Shown one piece after another: positions 9,969 to 19,069 of a DNA stretch of 64,000 nt. The notes beneath the pieces are model-generated. The model was given only the letters and a program-made list of their open reading frames with translations, was not told the origin of the DNA and did not search any database. The stretch is from contig OY969767.1 in NCBI GenBank assembly GCA_963702895.1, positions 1,152,001 to 1,216,000 of the forward strand. The letters are read 5' to 3'. Each line of letters starts with the position of its first letter. Positions within the stretch are counted from its first letter, which is position 1. Both the position numbers and the translations under genes were made by a program. This DNA is from an uncultured Elusimicrobia bacterium. GTDB lineage: Bacteria > Elusimicrobiota > Elusimicrobia > 2-01-FULL-59-12.

Positions 9969-10080
9969 GTCTCCCCGGCGAAAGCCGACCCTCCACACAC
10001 CCGGCGGTCCGTCCGCCCTGCCGTGTGGCGGACGGGGTCTATCATGATGGATCCCCCGCTGACGGCCGCGGGGGATGACA
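9969..10080. repeat. REP-like palindrome pair with nested insert (insert copy 1)
   Basis: 9969-10046 is near-identical to 52593-52670; inverted partner GGATCCCCCGC...GCGGGGGATGAC follows. Confidence 0.75.
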
Positions 10081-10089
10081 TCCTGGGGG

Positions 10090-11088
10090 TTAAAGGTTGA
10101 TTTTACGAATTTTGATGCCGGCCTCTATCAGCAGCTTTTGTGCGGGACCGGCAAGCGGATAGTCCTGATTATAGACGACCTCGATGACCCCTGCGTTGAT
10201 GATCATTTTGGTGCACAAGAGACAGGGGCAAAAGGTGGTATAGAGCGTTGATCCTTTGATCGAAATTCCATGATAGGCTGCCTGGACGATGGCGTTTTCT
10301 TCGCCATGGGAACAGTAACAATCTCCCAAGCCTTGTCCCGAGGGCCCCACGGCATTACAGCGAGGGCACCCGCCTTCAAAACAGTTCTTCGTATTGCGCG
10401 GTGTGCCGTTGTATCCGGTCGAGATGATTCGACCGTCTTTGACGATGAGCGCTGCGACCTTTCGTTTTAAACAGTTTCCGCGGCTGGCGACATGACGCGC
10501 GATATGCATGAAATAACGATCCCAGGACGGGCGCTTCACGTTCTTTAAGACCTGCTTGAGGCGCTCCGTGAGTGCCTTCTCAAGCTGCCTTAGGGTGCCA
10601 TTGTTCGTGATCATGGTGTCCGCCAGGCGTTCGCAGGCGTCGAGGGACTGTTTGTGGGGGTCCGTGTTACTCGCTTCTCGTTTTTCGACCGCCATAAATT
10701 CTTTCAGGGTGCGGGGGTCTTGTTCCCGGGCTCTGACTTTGATTCGTTTGAGGCGCAGGTCCGGCTTGGCGGTGATGGCCCAAAGCGCAAAGTCCGGGCG
10801 CTTACGGAAGGCTTCCACTTCCGCGGGATTGCGGAAAGAGTCAACGACATAATTCTGGCTCTCTACGAGCTTCTCCAGAATACGTTCGGCCAAAAGAGAA
10901 GGACCGTATTGTTCACGCAGTTCATTGCCGACCCGCGTCAGGTGAGCTCGTGTGGGGGTCAGGTGCTTGCGCTTGAGCTCGTCCCGCAAGACATCCGAAA
11001 GAGAGTGATAGTGAAAACCGCGCGATTGCAGGAAGCGGGCGACTTCCCCCTTTCCAGATGCGTTCTTTCCTGTCAAACCAATGATCAT
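10090..11088 (-). CDS. P-loop nucleotide kinase-like domain fused to dCMP deaminase
   Basis: IIGLTGKNASGKG; RPSWD.YFM, TGYNGTP, HGEENA, PCLLC. Confidence 0.88.
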   Translation of the reverse strand: MIIGLTGKNASGKGEVARFLQSRGFHYHSLSDVLRDELKRKHLTPTRAHLTRVGNELREQYGPSLLAERILEKLVESQNYVVDSFRNPAEVEAFRKRPDFALWAITAKPDLRLKRIKVRAREQDPRTLKEFMAVEKREASNTDPHKQSLDACERLADTMITNNGTLRQLEKALTERLKQVLKNVKRPSWDRYFMHIARHVASRGNCLKRKVAALIVKDGRIISTGYNGTPRNTKNCFEGGCPRCNAVGPSGQGLGDCYCSHGEENAIVQAAYHGISIKGSTLYTTFCPCLLCTKMIINAGVIEVVYNQDYPLAGPAQKLLIEAGIKIRKINL

Positions 11089-11097
11089 ATGAGGTTG

Positions 11098-11190
11098 AGC
11101 CGGCGAGTCGGCGAGTCGGCGAGTCGGCGCAAGAACGATCCAAGCGGTCTCCCACATTCCGCCGGTTCGCCGGTTCGCCAGTTCACCGTT
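11098..11190. repeat. Inverted octamer-microsatellite hairpin
   Basis: CGGCGAGT x3-4, then CGCCGGTT-like x4 in inverted orientation. Confidence 0.75.
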
Positions 11191-11209
11191 TCCCTTTGTC
11201 TTCGGAACG

Positions 11210-13603
11210 TCATTGCCGGAGCTTCGCCTCACATTTCTTTTCGAGATCGTCAATCATGCGCTGCACCATCTTATCAACATCCGCGTCGCTTAAAGTCTTT
11301 TCCTTGTTGCGGAAGAGCATGGACACGGTGAGTGATTTCTTGCCAGTCCCAATCTTTTCTCCGCTAAAGAGATCAATGAGCGCCAAGGACTCCAAGTCCT
11401 GGCCTCCGGCCACACGGAGCGTCTTGGCGATCCTCTCATAGGGGCAAGCCTCAGGAACGACCATCGAAAGATCGCGTTTGACCGGCGGAAAGGGGCTCAG
11501 CGCCTTGTATTCGATCTGCTCGGGCTCCGCTTCAAGAAGGGCCTGGACGTCCAGTTCCCCCATCACGACACGTTCATCGGTCCCGAGCGCGACGGCGAGC
11601 TCTGGATGCAGCTCGCCGAACCACCCCAGGGCGCGTGAACCTCGAAGGATTGTCGTCGAGCGCTTGGGATGGAAAAGCGGCGATCGAAGGCTGGTCCATT
11701 GGACGTTCGAAATGTGAAGCGTCGACAGCAACGACTCGATCGTCCCGGAAAGGTCAAAGAAATCGGCTGTTTTCTTCTTCCGGCGCCAATGGGCGGATTG
11801 AATCTCCCCCGCGATCACAAAAGCCAGTCTTCGCTGTTCCTGGCGTCCTTCCTGGTCATGATAAAACACACGGCCCAGCTCGAAAAACTGTGCACCGGCG
11901 TTTTGCCGCCGGAAGTTGAGGAGAACGCTTTCCAGAAGCGCAGGCAAGAGGCTTGTCCGCAGCACCGCTTGCTCTTGGGAGAGAGGATTGGCGATGGCGA
12001 TCGCTTTCGAATCGGCTTTGGTGCCGAGAGGTGGCGTAAAAGGTTGGGCTTGTTTGAGGCTTAAAAAGCTTGTATTGCAGGCTTCCAAATAGCCTAGCCC
12101 GGCGAGCCGTGTCGCCAGTTTCCGTTCAAAACTCCAGAACTTGTCGTCGGGGATAGAGGTTTGCCGGATGAGAGGGCTTTCTGTCGGGATATGCTCATAA
12201 CCATAGAGGCGCGCGATTTCCTCAAGGAGATCCGCCTCCAGCGTGAGGTCAAAACGCCAGGATGGAACACTCACATGGAGCTGGGCCGTTCCGATACTGA
12301 TCACACATCCGAGCTTCCGGAGGAGGTCCGCGGCGACCGACTCGCGGATGTCGAGGCCAAGAAACGTCTTGATGCGCGCGGTCCTGAGTTTGATGGAAAG
12401 GGGCACCGGAGGCGAAGCGGAAACATCCAGGGGTCTTGTGCCCAGGCCGCCCGCCAAGTCTTGGATGAGTTGCGCCGCGCGGCGCGAAGCGAACATCACC
12501 ATTTCATAATCGCTCCCACGCTCAAACCGGTAGGAACTCTCCGTTTTGATGCCCAGCGTTTTGGACGTGCGCCGTACGAGGGCTGGCACAAAAGCGGCGC
12601 TTTCAAGAACGATCTCGGTCGTCTCCGCGGAGACGGACGAAATCTCGCCACCGATGATCCCCGCCAGTGCCGCTGGTTTCTTCTCATCTGCGATGACGAG
12701 CATGCTCTCTTCGAGCGGTGTGTTTTTGCCTTCGAGGGTGAGGAGTGTCTCGCCGGCGGCGGCTTTGCGGACGCGGATTTGCCGTCCTTCCAGGCGCAGC
12801 GCATCGAAGACATGCAGGGGTTGGCCCAGCTCATGCATGACATAGTTGGAGATGTCGACGAGATTGTTAATGGAGCGGTAGCCGCAGCGCGTGAGGCGCC
12901 GGACCATCCATTCCGGGGATGGACCTACGCGCACGTCTCGGAAGTATCGCGCGACATACCTCGGACACAGGTCCTGGACTTCATTGATGATGCTGACGGT
13001 TGCCGTGGCAAGGTCCAATTCACGCGAGCGAGGTTCGAGGTGTTTGAGCGGCAAATTGAGACCCGCGGCCAGCTCTCGAGCGACACCCAAGACGCCTAAG
13101 GCATCACGCCGGTTCGGTGTGACTTCCAATTCGATCAGGGCGTCGTTGAGTTCGAGAAGGGGTCGTACATCCTGCCCTAGGTTGGTGTCTTCAGGGAGGA
13201 CGAGAATGCCGTCTGAAGAAGCGGCGAGACCCAGCTCCTGGGCTGAACAGATCATGCCTTGAGACTCGACACCGCGGATTTTAGCCGCGTGGAGGGTTTC
13301 GCCATCCGGGAGTATTGCGCCAACACGCGCGAAGGCAACTTTCTGCCCCGTGCGAACATTCGGCGCACCACAGACGACCGAAAACTCCGCCTGACCATCC
13401 CAGACCTTGCAGAGAGACAGACGATCGGCATGGGGGTGTTTGGCGCATTCTTTGACCAGCCCGGACACGACCCCCGAAAGCTTGCCACCAAATTTGTAAA
13501 CATTCGCAATTTCAAAGCCCAGGCGTTCCAGAGTGGCGGCCGTGTCCTCTGGCGAGATTTCCAGCGGCACAAAGTCTTTGAGCCAGTTGTAGAGGACCTT
13601 CAT
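11210..13603 (-). CDS. pheT: Phenylalanine-tRNA ligase beta subunit
   Basis: HPHADRL, VVCGAPNV, TPNRRD, RFERG, LRTSLLP, RDLS. Confidence 0.97.
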   Translation of the reverse strand: MKVLYNWLKDFVPLEISPEDTAATLERLGFEIANVYKFGGKLSGVVSGLVKECAKHPHADRLSLCKVWDGQAEFSVVCGAPNVRTGQKVAFARVGAILPDGETLHAAKIRGVESQGMICSAQELGLAASSDGILVLPEDTNLGQDVRPLLELNDALIELEVTPNRRDALGVLGVARELAAGLNLPLKHLEPRSRELDLATATVSIINEVQDLCPRYVARYFRDVRVGPSPEWMVRRLTRCGYRSINNLVDISNYVMHELGQPLHVFDALRLEGRQIRVRKAAAGETLLTLEGKNTPLEESMLVIADEKKPAALAGIIGGEISSVSAETTEIVLESAAFVPALVRRTSKTLGIKTESSYRFERGSDYEMVMFASRRAAQLIQDLAGGLGTRPLDVSASPPVPLSIKLRTARIKTFLGLDIRESVAADLLRKLGCVISIGTAQLHVSVPSWRFDLTLEADLLEEIARLYGYEHIPTESPLIRQTSIPDDKFWSFERKLATRLAGLGYLEACNTSFLSLKQAQPFTPPLGTKADSKAIAIANPLSQEQAVLRTSLLPALLESVLLNFRRQNAGAQFFELGRVFYHDQEGRQEQRRLAFVIAGEIQSAHWRRKKKTADFFDLSGTIESLLSTLHISNVQWTSLRSPLFHPKRSTTILRGSRALGWFGELHPELAVALGTDERVVMGELDVQALLEAEPEQIEYKALSPFPPVKRDLSMVVPEACPYERIAKTLRVAGGQDLESLALIDLFSGEKIGTGKKSLTVSMLFRNKEKTLSDADVDKMVQRMIDDLEKKCEAKLRQ

Positions 13604-14695
13604 TTAAAACTGCTCCAGAAACCGGGTGTCATTTTCGTAGAAAAGCCGCAGGTCACTCACCCCGTATTTGATGAGCGCCATGCGTTCGATCCCCACGCCA
13701 AAAGCGAATCCGGAATACTTCTCAGGGTCAATGTTGACACCCGAAAGAACCTTGGGGTTCACCATGCCCGCGCCTAGGAGCTCAATCCATCCCATCCCTT
13801 TGCACGTGGCACATCCCGCACTGCCGCAGATCCAGCAGGAGACATCCATCTGGGCGGAGGGTTCGGTAAAGGGAAAGAACGAAGGCCGGAAACGCGTCTT
13901 GACGCTGGGAGAAAAAAAGAGCTGTGCAAAACGGTCCAACGTCCCTTTGAGGTCCGCGAAGGAAACATGCTCATCGACGAGCAAACCTTCCATCTGATGA
14001 AAGACGGCCAAGTGCGTCGCATCCTGGGCTTCATGCCGATACACACGCCCAGGGCAGACAATCGCGATGGGCGGCGGATACTTCTGCATGAGCCGCACTT
14101 GGACCGGCGACGTGTGCGTGCGCAGAAGCGATGGGGGCTCCGTGCTGGGTGAGCCGTGTTCGGGAAAGAGGATTTGTTGTGAACCCTGGCCGGGCCCTTG
14201 GGCCAGGTAGAACGTGTCTTGCATGTCACGTGCGGGATGGTCGGCCGGGACATTGAGCGCCTCGAAGTTATAAAAATCATTTTCCATCTCCGGGCCATCG
14301 GCGCAAACGAACCCGAGGGAGCGGAAAATGGAGACCAGGGAGTCCATCACCTGCAAAAGCGGGTGAAGATGGCCGTAGGATTTCGGTGTGCCCGGAAGCG
14401 ACGTGTCCAAGGTGTCCGTCTCTAACGCTTTGGCCCTTGCCTGAGAGGTTAAATCCCGCTCTTTGCTCGTGAACAGATCTTCCAGGCTGGTTTTGAGACT
14501 GTTGAGCTCTGGACCGTAACGCTTCTTTTCATCGATCGTAAGGTTTCCGAGTTGTTTGAGAAGCAGGGTGAGGCGGCCCTCCTTGCGTCCGAGCCAGTGA
14601 ATGCGCAGTTCTTCGAGCGCGTCGAGTGAGCGCACTTTGTTCAGGTGGTCCTGGGCTTCTTTGAGGAGCGTCTGGGGGTCGGGGAATCGGCTCAT
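13604..14695 (-). CDS. pheS: Phenylalanine-tRNA ligase alpha subunit
   Basis: HPARDMQDTFY, LRTHTSPVQ, FPFTEPS, GFAFGVGIER. Confidence 0.97.
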   Translation of the reverse strand: MSRFPDPQTLLKEAQDHLNKVRSLDALEELRIHWLGRKEGRLTLLLKQLGNLTIDEKKRYGPELNSLKTSLEDLFTSKERDLTSQARAKALETDTLDTSLPGTPKSYGHLHPLLQVMDSLVSIFRSLGFVCADGPEMENDFYNFEALNVPADHPARDMQDTFYLAQGPGQGSQQILFPEHGSPSTEPPSLLRTHTSPVQVRLMQKYPPPIAIVCPGRVYRHEAQDATHLAVFHQMEGLLVDEHVSFADLKGTLDRFAQLFFSPSVKTRFRPSFFPFTEPSAQMDVSCWICGSAGCATCKGMGWIELLGAGMVNPKVLSGVNIDPEKYSGFAFGVGIERMALIKYGVSDLRLFYENDTRFLEQF

Positions 14696-14701
14696 GGTTT
14701 A

Positions 14702-14777
14702 GTCGTCCCCGCGACAGCGGGGATCTACGGATATATTACCAAAGACGTGAAGGATTCCCGCGTGCGCGGCAGTGACA
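14702..14777. repeat. Inverted pair of REP-like palindromes
   Basis: GTCGTCCCCGCGACAGCGGGGATC ... GGATTCCCGCGTGCGCGGCAGTGAC. Confidence 0.65.
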
Positions 14778-14778
14778 T

Positions 14779-15141
14779 TCAGGCAGAAACAACGGCGGCT
14801 TTGGCGGTTTCGGCGAGTTGTTGGAAAGCTTTGGGGTCGACGACCGCGAGTTCCGCGAGCACTTTGCGATCGAGCACCACGCCTGCTTTTTTCAAGCCAA
14901 AAATGAACTGACTGTAAGACAAGTTGTTCAACCGAGCGGCCGCATTGATGCGCTGGATCCAGAGCGCGCGGAATTCCCCTTTGCGGTCTTTCCGGCCAAC
15001 ATAAGCGAACCGCAGCGAACGCTCCACCTGCTGCACAACCTGACGCCAGCGGCTGCGCTTCGAATAATAGTAGCCTTTGGCGATACGAAATGTTTTCTTT
15101 TTTCGTTGGCGCGTGGTGACGCCGCTTTTGACTCGTGCCAT
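14779..15141 (-). CDS. rplT: 50S ribosomal protein L20
   Basis: MARVK, FRALWIQRINAAAR, LDRKVLAELA. Confidence 0.97.
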   Translation of the reverse strand: MARVKSGVTTRQRKKKTFRIAKGYYYSKRSRWRQVVQQVERSLRFAYVGRKDRKGEFRALWIQRINAAARLNNLSYSQFIFGLKKAGVVLDRKVLAELAVVDPKAFQQLAETAKAAVVSA

Positions 15142-15147
15142 AAGAGA

Positions 15148-15345
15148 TTACCTGTAAGGAATGAGGGTTTTGATGACGTCCCCATCCACCTTGTTGAGAT
15201 AGCGCGCTTTGCGCATTTGTCTTCCTCGCCCGGAATCCATGCCGGTTAAAAGGTGGCGAAGGCCAGGCTTCTTATGCTTCACCTTGCCTGTGGCCGAGAC
15301 CGAAAATCGTTTGGCGACCCCGCGATGCGATTTTATTTTTGGCAT
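15148..15345 (-). CDS. rpmI: 50S ribosomal protein L35
   Basis: MPKIKSHRGVAKRF...TGKVK. Confidence 0.95.
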   Translation of the reverse strand: MPKIKSHRGVAKRFSVSATGKVKHKKPGLRHLLTGMDSGRGRQMRKARYLNKVDGDVIKTLIPYR

Positions 15346-15354
15346 ATTTCCTTT

Positions 15355-15416
15355 CGTCGTCCTCCGCCGGAAGCGGGGAAACCCTGGATCCCCGATTGAG
15401 GCGCGCGGGGAGGACC
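15355..15416. repeat. Inverted pair of REP-like palindromes
   Basis: CGTCGTCCTCCGCCGGAAGCGGGG ... GGATCCCCG...CGGGGAGGAC. Confidence 0.55.
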
Positions 15417-15421
15417 TTCGG

Positions 15422-15937
15422 TCATTTCTTTGGCGCGAAGAGTAAGCTTTTGCGGTTGCCTTCCATGGGAACGTCCTGCTCCAGGACCGCGACGTCTGAG
15501 ATTTTTTCTTTGACGCGATCGACCAAGGGATTGGCCTGGTCCGTATGTTCCATTTCACGTCCTCTGAACACAATCGTCAAGCGTACCTTGTCATGTTCCT
15601 TGATGAACTCACGCATATGCTCAATCTTGATCTCGAGGTCATGCGCTCCGATCTTAGGGCGGATGCGGAGTTCTTTAACCTGTCCGCCCTTGTGCTTCTT
15701 CCGGGCTTCCTTTAATTTCTTTTCGCGTTCGTAGCGAAACTTTGAAAAATCCGCCAGCTTGCAGACGGGAGGGTTGTTGAGCGGCGCTATTTCGACGAGG
15801 TCAGTACCCTTGTTTTGGGCAATACGGAGAGCTTCCTCTATCGACTTAATCCCCAATTGTGTGCCATCGACATCAATGAGACGGACATCTCTTGCCCTAA
15901 TCTGATGATTGACGCGCGGTTCCTGTGGCTTACTTAT
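15422..15937 (-). CDS. infC: Translation initiation factor IF-3 (ATA start)
   Basis: RVNHQIRA..VRLID, DLVEI...PPVCK, FRGRE; AGGAGG then in-frame ATA at 15937, with an in-frame TAG just upstream. Confidence 0.93.
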   Translation of the reverse strand: MSKPQEPRVNHQIRARDVRLIDVDGTQLGIKSIEEALRIAQNKGTDLVEIAPLNNPPVCKLADFSKFRYEREKKLKEARKKHKGGQVKELRIRPKIGAHDLEIKIEHMREFIKEHDKVRLTIVFRGREMEHTDQANPLVDRVKEKISDVAVLEQDVPMEGNRKSLLFAPKK

Positions 15938-15989
15938 CGGTTTCTATCCTCCTGAATTCATAGATGTTCGAAAACGAAGCTGGATCGTA

Positions 15990-17726
15990 TTAAATTTGTG
16001 ATTCCTTATACAAGAGCGCCTGGACAGCGGAGAGGGTCAGCGTGCCCAGGTTTTCGCCGGTGCGTCGGGCGACCGCGAGGGTCCCCGCCTCCATTTCGCG
16101 GTCGCCCGCGGTGAGGAGCAGCGGTACCTTCTCAAGGAGCGCATCGCGCTTTTTGGCGCCAATCTTCTCGTTGCGCAGGTCGGCCTCAACCCGGAAGCCC
16201 TTGGCGTTCAGATCCTGGGTGAGCTTGGCCGCGAATTCATTCTGCCGGTCCGTGATGGTCAAAACTTTGGCCTGAACGGGAGCCAGCCATAACGGAAACG
16301 CGCCCGCATGCTGTTCAATCAGGATGCCAATGAAGCGCTCGATGGAACCCAGAAGAGCCCGGTGGACCATGATCGCCTGGTGATTTTTCCCGGTCTCGTC
16401 CCGGTAGGTGACATCAAAGCGCTCCGGCAGGTTAAAGTCGACTTGGACCGTGGAGCACTGCCAGTAGCGGCCCAGGCAGTCGCGGATCTTAAGATCGATC
16501 TTCGGGCCGTAGAACGCGCCGCCCCCGGCGTCGATATCGTGCGCGAGCCCTTTCTTTTTCAGCGCCTCGGCCAGCGCCGCCTCGGCGCGATCCCAATTGG
16601 GAATGCTCCCCACGTATTTCTCCGGGCGCGTCGAAAGGGAGACCTGGTAATCGCTGAACCCGAAGGCTTTGAGGACCTCGAGCGTCAGGTTGATGATGTT
16701 TTCCACTTCCTGGGCGAGCTGATCGTCCCGGCAGAAGATGTGCGCGTCATCCTGCGTGAAGCCTCGCACGCGCAGCAGGCCGTGCATAACGCCGCTTCGT
16801 TCATAACGATAGACGGTCCCCATCTCTGTGAGTCGAATGGGAAGCTCGCGGTAGGAATGGAGGTCATGGTTATAGATTTGGATGTGGCCCGGGCAGTTCA
16901 TGGGCTTGAGCAGGTATTCCTGTTCGTCGATCTTCATAGGGCTGAACATGTACTCCCGGTAGAAGTCCCAGTGTCCGGACGTCTTCCAGAGATTGGAATG
17001 CGCGACGTGCGGGGTCACGACGAACTGATAGCCGTTTTGCTCCAGGAGCTTGCGCAGGTACTCCTCGACCAGGCGGCGAAGCGTGGCCCCTTTAGGAAGC
17101 CAGAAGATCAGCCCTGGTCCGATCGTATCGGGCAGAATGGTGAAGAGTCCGAGTTTGGGACCCAACTCCCTATGGTCGCGTTTCTTGGCTTCTTCCAGGC
17201 GCTTGAGGTAGTCTTCAAGATCTTGTTTTGAGGTCCAGGCTGTCCCATAAATGCGCTGCAGCTGCTCGCGCTTCTCGTCTCCGCGCCAATACGAACCGGC
17301 GATCTTCAGCAGCTTAAAGTGACGGATGTCCTTGGTCGATTCGACATGGCCGCCGCGGCAAAGGTCGACGAAGGTGTCATGAGAGCAATGGGTGACGGTG
17401 GGGGCATTCAAATCGTTGATCAATTCGACTTTATACTTCTCCCCCCGGCCGCCCCAGAATTGGCGCGCTTCTTCCGAGGCGTGCGTGCTCATCTTAAAGG
17501 CGTGATTGCCTTCGACAATCTGCCGCATGCGCTTTTCGATCTTCTCCAGATCTTCGGGGACAAAGCGGTGGGCGCTGTCGAAATCGTAATAAAAGCCTTC
17601 CTCGATCGGTGGCCCGATGGTGAGTTTGGTGCCGGGGTAAAGTTCCTGAACGGCCTGCGCCATCACGTGCGCGGCCGAGTGGCGGAGCTTTTCCAGGTAG
17701 AGCTCTTGTTCCGCGTCTTGTGCCAT
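15990..17726 (-). CDS. thrS: Threonine-tRNA ligase (short form lacking the N-terminal TGS domain)
   Basis: RHSAAH, GFYYDF, RDHR, KPMNCP, FYGPKID. Confidence 0.96.
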   Translation of the reverse strand: MAQDAEQELYLEKLRHSAAHVMAQAVQELYPGTKLTIGPPIEEGFYYDFDSAHRFVPEDLEKIEKRMRQIVEGNHAFKMSTHASEEARQFWGGRGEKYKVELINDLNAPTVTHCSHDTFVDLCRGGHVESTKDIRHFKLLKIAGSYWRGDEKREQLQRIYGTAWTSKQDLEDYLKRLEEAKKRDHRELGPKLGLFTILPDTIGPGLIFWLPKGATLRRLVEEYLRKLLEQNGYQFVVTPHVAHSNLWKTSGHWDFYREYMFSPMKIDEQEYLLKPMNCPGHIQIYNHDLHSYRELPIRLTEMGTVYRYERSGVMHGLLRVRGFTQDDAHIFCRDDQLAQEVENIINLTLEVLKAFGFSDYQVSLSTRPEKYVGSIPNWDRAEAALAEALKKKGLAHDIDAGGGAFYGPKIDLKIRDCLGRYWQCSTVQVDFNLPERFDVTYRDETGKNHQAIMVHRALLGSIERFIGILIEQHAGAFPLWLAPVQAKVLTITDRQNEFAAKLTQDLNAKGFRVEADLRNEKIGAKKRDALLEKVPLLLTAGDREMEAGTLAVARRTGENLGTLTLSAVQALLYKESQI

Positions 17727-17728
17727 CG

Positions 17729-18334
17729 CTACTTTTTGGCGAGTGCCTCTCCCACGCGGCCGACGAGGTTTGCCCCGGGTTTGAGCGTCGCCGATCCGGT
17801 TTTCCAATTGGCCGGGCAGGCTTCTTCGGGGTGCTTGGCGAGATAGGCGTTGGCCTGCACCTTGCGCAGAAGCTCATCCGCATTGCGGCCGACGTTGTAG
17901 AAGTTCACTTCGGAATTCACGAGGCGTCCTTCCGGGCTGATGATGAAGCTGCCGCGAAGGGCGAGGCCCGTCGCTTCGTCATAGACGCCAAAGAGGCGCG
18001 ACACGGTGCCTGTCGTATCGGCGCCCATCAGGTAGCGCACGCCGCCCAGGAGCTTTTCCTCGCGCCGCCAGGCGAGGTGCACAAACTTGTTGTCCGTGGA
18101 AACGGAGATGACGGTCGCCCCCGACTTCTGGAGCTGGTCGTGCTTCTCGGCGAGGTCCGCCAATTCCGTCGGGCACACAAACGTGTAGTCCGCAGGATAG
18201 AACACGAGGACCGTCCACTGCCCTTTGGCTTTCAGGTCATCGAGCGAGATCTTTCCAAAATCCGACCGCGCGGGGTCGTAGACATCCAGTTCAAACGATG
18301 GCACGAGTTCTCCGACTTTGACGGAATTCTGCAT
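17729..18334 (-). CDS. ahpC: 2-Cys peroxiredoxin (AhpC/Prx1)
   Basis: FYPADYTFVCPTE and ACPANW. Confidence 0.92.
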   Translation of the reverse strand: MQNSVKVGELVPSFELDVYDPARSDFGKISLDDLKAKGQWTVLVFYPADYTFVCPTELADLAEKHDQLQKSGATVISVSTDNKFVHLAWRREEKLLGGVRYLMGADTTGTVSRLFGVYDEATGLALRGSFIISPEGRLVNSEVNFYNVGRNADELLRKVQANAYLAKHPEEACPANWKTGSATLKPGANLVGRVGEALAKK

Positions 18335-18419
18335 GGGTGCATCCTCCTTGCTGAAGAGGCCAATAGAGCCATCGGCCTAAGGTCGTTATTATAAGCGATT
18401 TTGGACGGGGTTGGTGTTC

Positions 18420-18505
18420 GGTTCAGAGCTGTCAGAAATCGGCTCAGAGTTCAGAGTTTGTCTAGGTCCCTGAGCGCTGAGTTGATTTCTGGCCTTTCTG
18501 AGCTG
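18420..18505. repeat. Degenerate CTCAGAG-type heptamer hairpin upstream of four-helix-bundle gene 1
   Basis: TTCAGAG, GTCAGAA, CTCAGAG, TTCAGAG, then inverted CCCTGAG, CGCTGAG, TTCTGAG. Confidence 0.65.
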
Positions 18506-18596
18506 GCAGCACATCTGGTCCGCGCATCACTCCGCGCTAAGAGATCAAAAATCTTTTGGGATTCTGATCGATCTGTTTGTCCATGGTCAAACAAGA

Positions 18597-18631
18597 GTGA
18601 ATAAAGTATGGGATTTTGCATCTAAGGGATA
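18597..18631 (+). promoter_or_regulatory. Bipartite motif GTGAATA-N13-TGCATCTAAGGGATA, copy 2
   Basis: Ends 27 nt before the ATG of four-helix-bundle gene 1. Confidence 0.75.
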
Positions 18632-18658
18632 GAAGTAACTATTCCACAGGAGGAAGAC

Positions 18659-19069
18659 ATGCAAAACCAAGAGAGGTTTCAGGAGAAGTTTCTCGAATTT
18701 GGGGCAGAAATCGCAACTTTAGTCAGCCAGCTCTCACGAACGACGCCCAGCCGTCAAATCGCCGATCAATTGCTCAGAAGTGGCACTTCGGTAGGGGCCA
18801 ATATTCACGAGGCGCAATCGGCAGAATCGAGGGCTGATTTCATTCATAAACTCCAGATTGGACTGAAGGAAATTCGAGAAACGTCATACTGGCTGGCGAT
18901 TGTTGATAAATCAGGATTGCTCAAAGGCCATTTGCTGGACCATGCTATGAGTCGCTGTCAAGATTTGACGGCAATTCTAGCGAGGTCGGTGATAACGGCT
19001 AAGTCAAAGATTCCAGCTCAGAGACACCAGAACTCGACTCAGAACTCAGAGAGCTATTCAGATCTCTGA
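18659..19069 (+). CDS. Four helix bundle protein (23S rRNA IVP / Avd-like, TIGR02436-type)
   Basis: QLLRSGTSVGANIHEAQSAESRADFIHKLQIGLKEIRETSYWL; AGGAGG RBS. Confidence 0.93.
   Translation: MQNQERFQEKFLEFGAEIATLVSQLSRTTPSRQIADQLLRSGTSVGANIHEAQSAESRADFIHKLQIGLKEIRETSYWLAIVDKSGLLKGHLLDHAMSRCQDLTAILARSVITAKSKIPAQRHQNSTQNSESYSDL

Noticed and set aside
15935..15937. Non-canonical ATA start of infC
   Set aside because: Real but well known: IF-3 genes use non-AUG starts for autoregulation.
18659..19069. Diversity-generating retroelement or 23S rRNA intervening sequence
   Set aside because: No reverse transcriptase, no template/variable repeat pair with adenine-specific mismatches and no rRNA gene were seen in the window.
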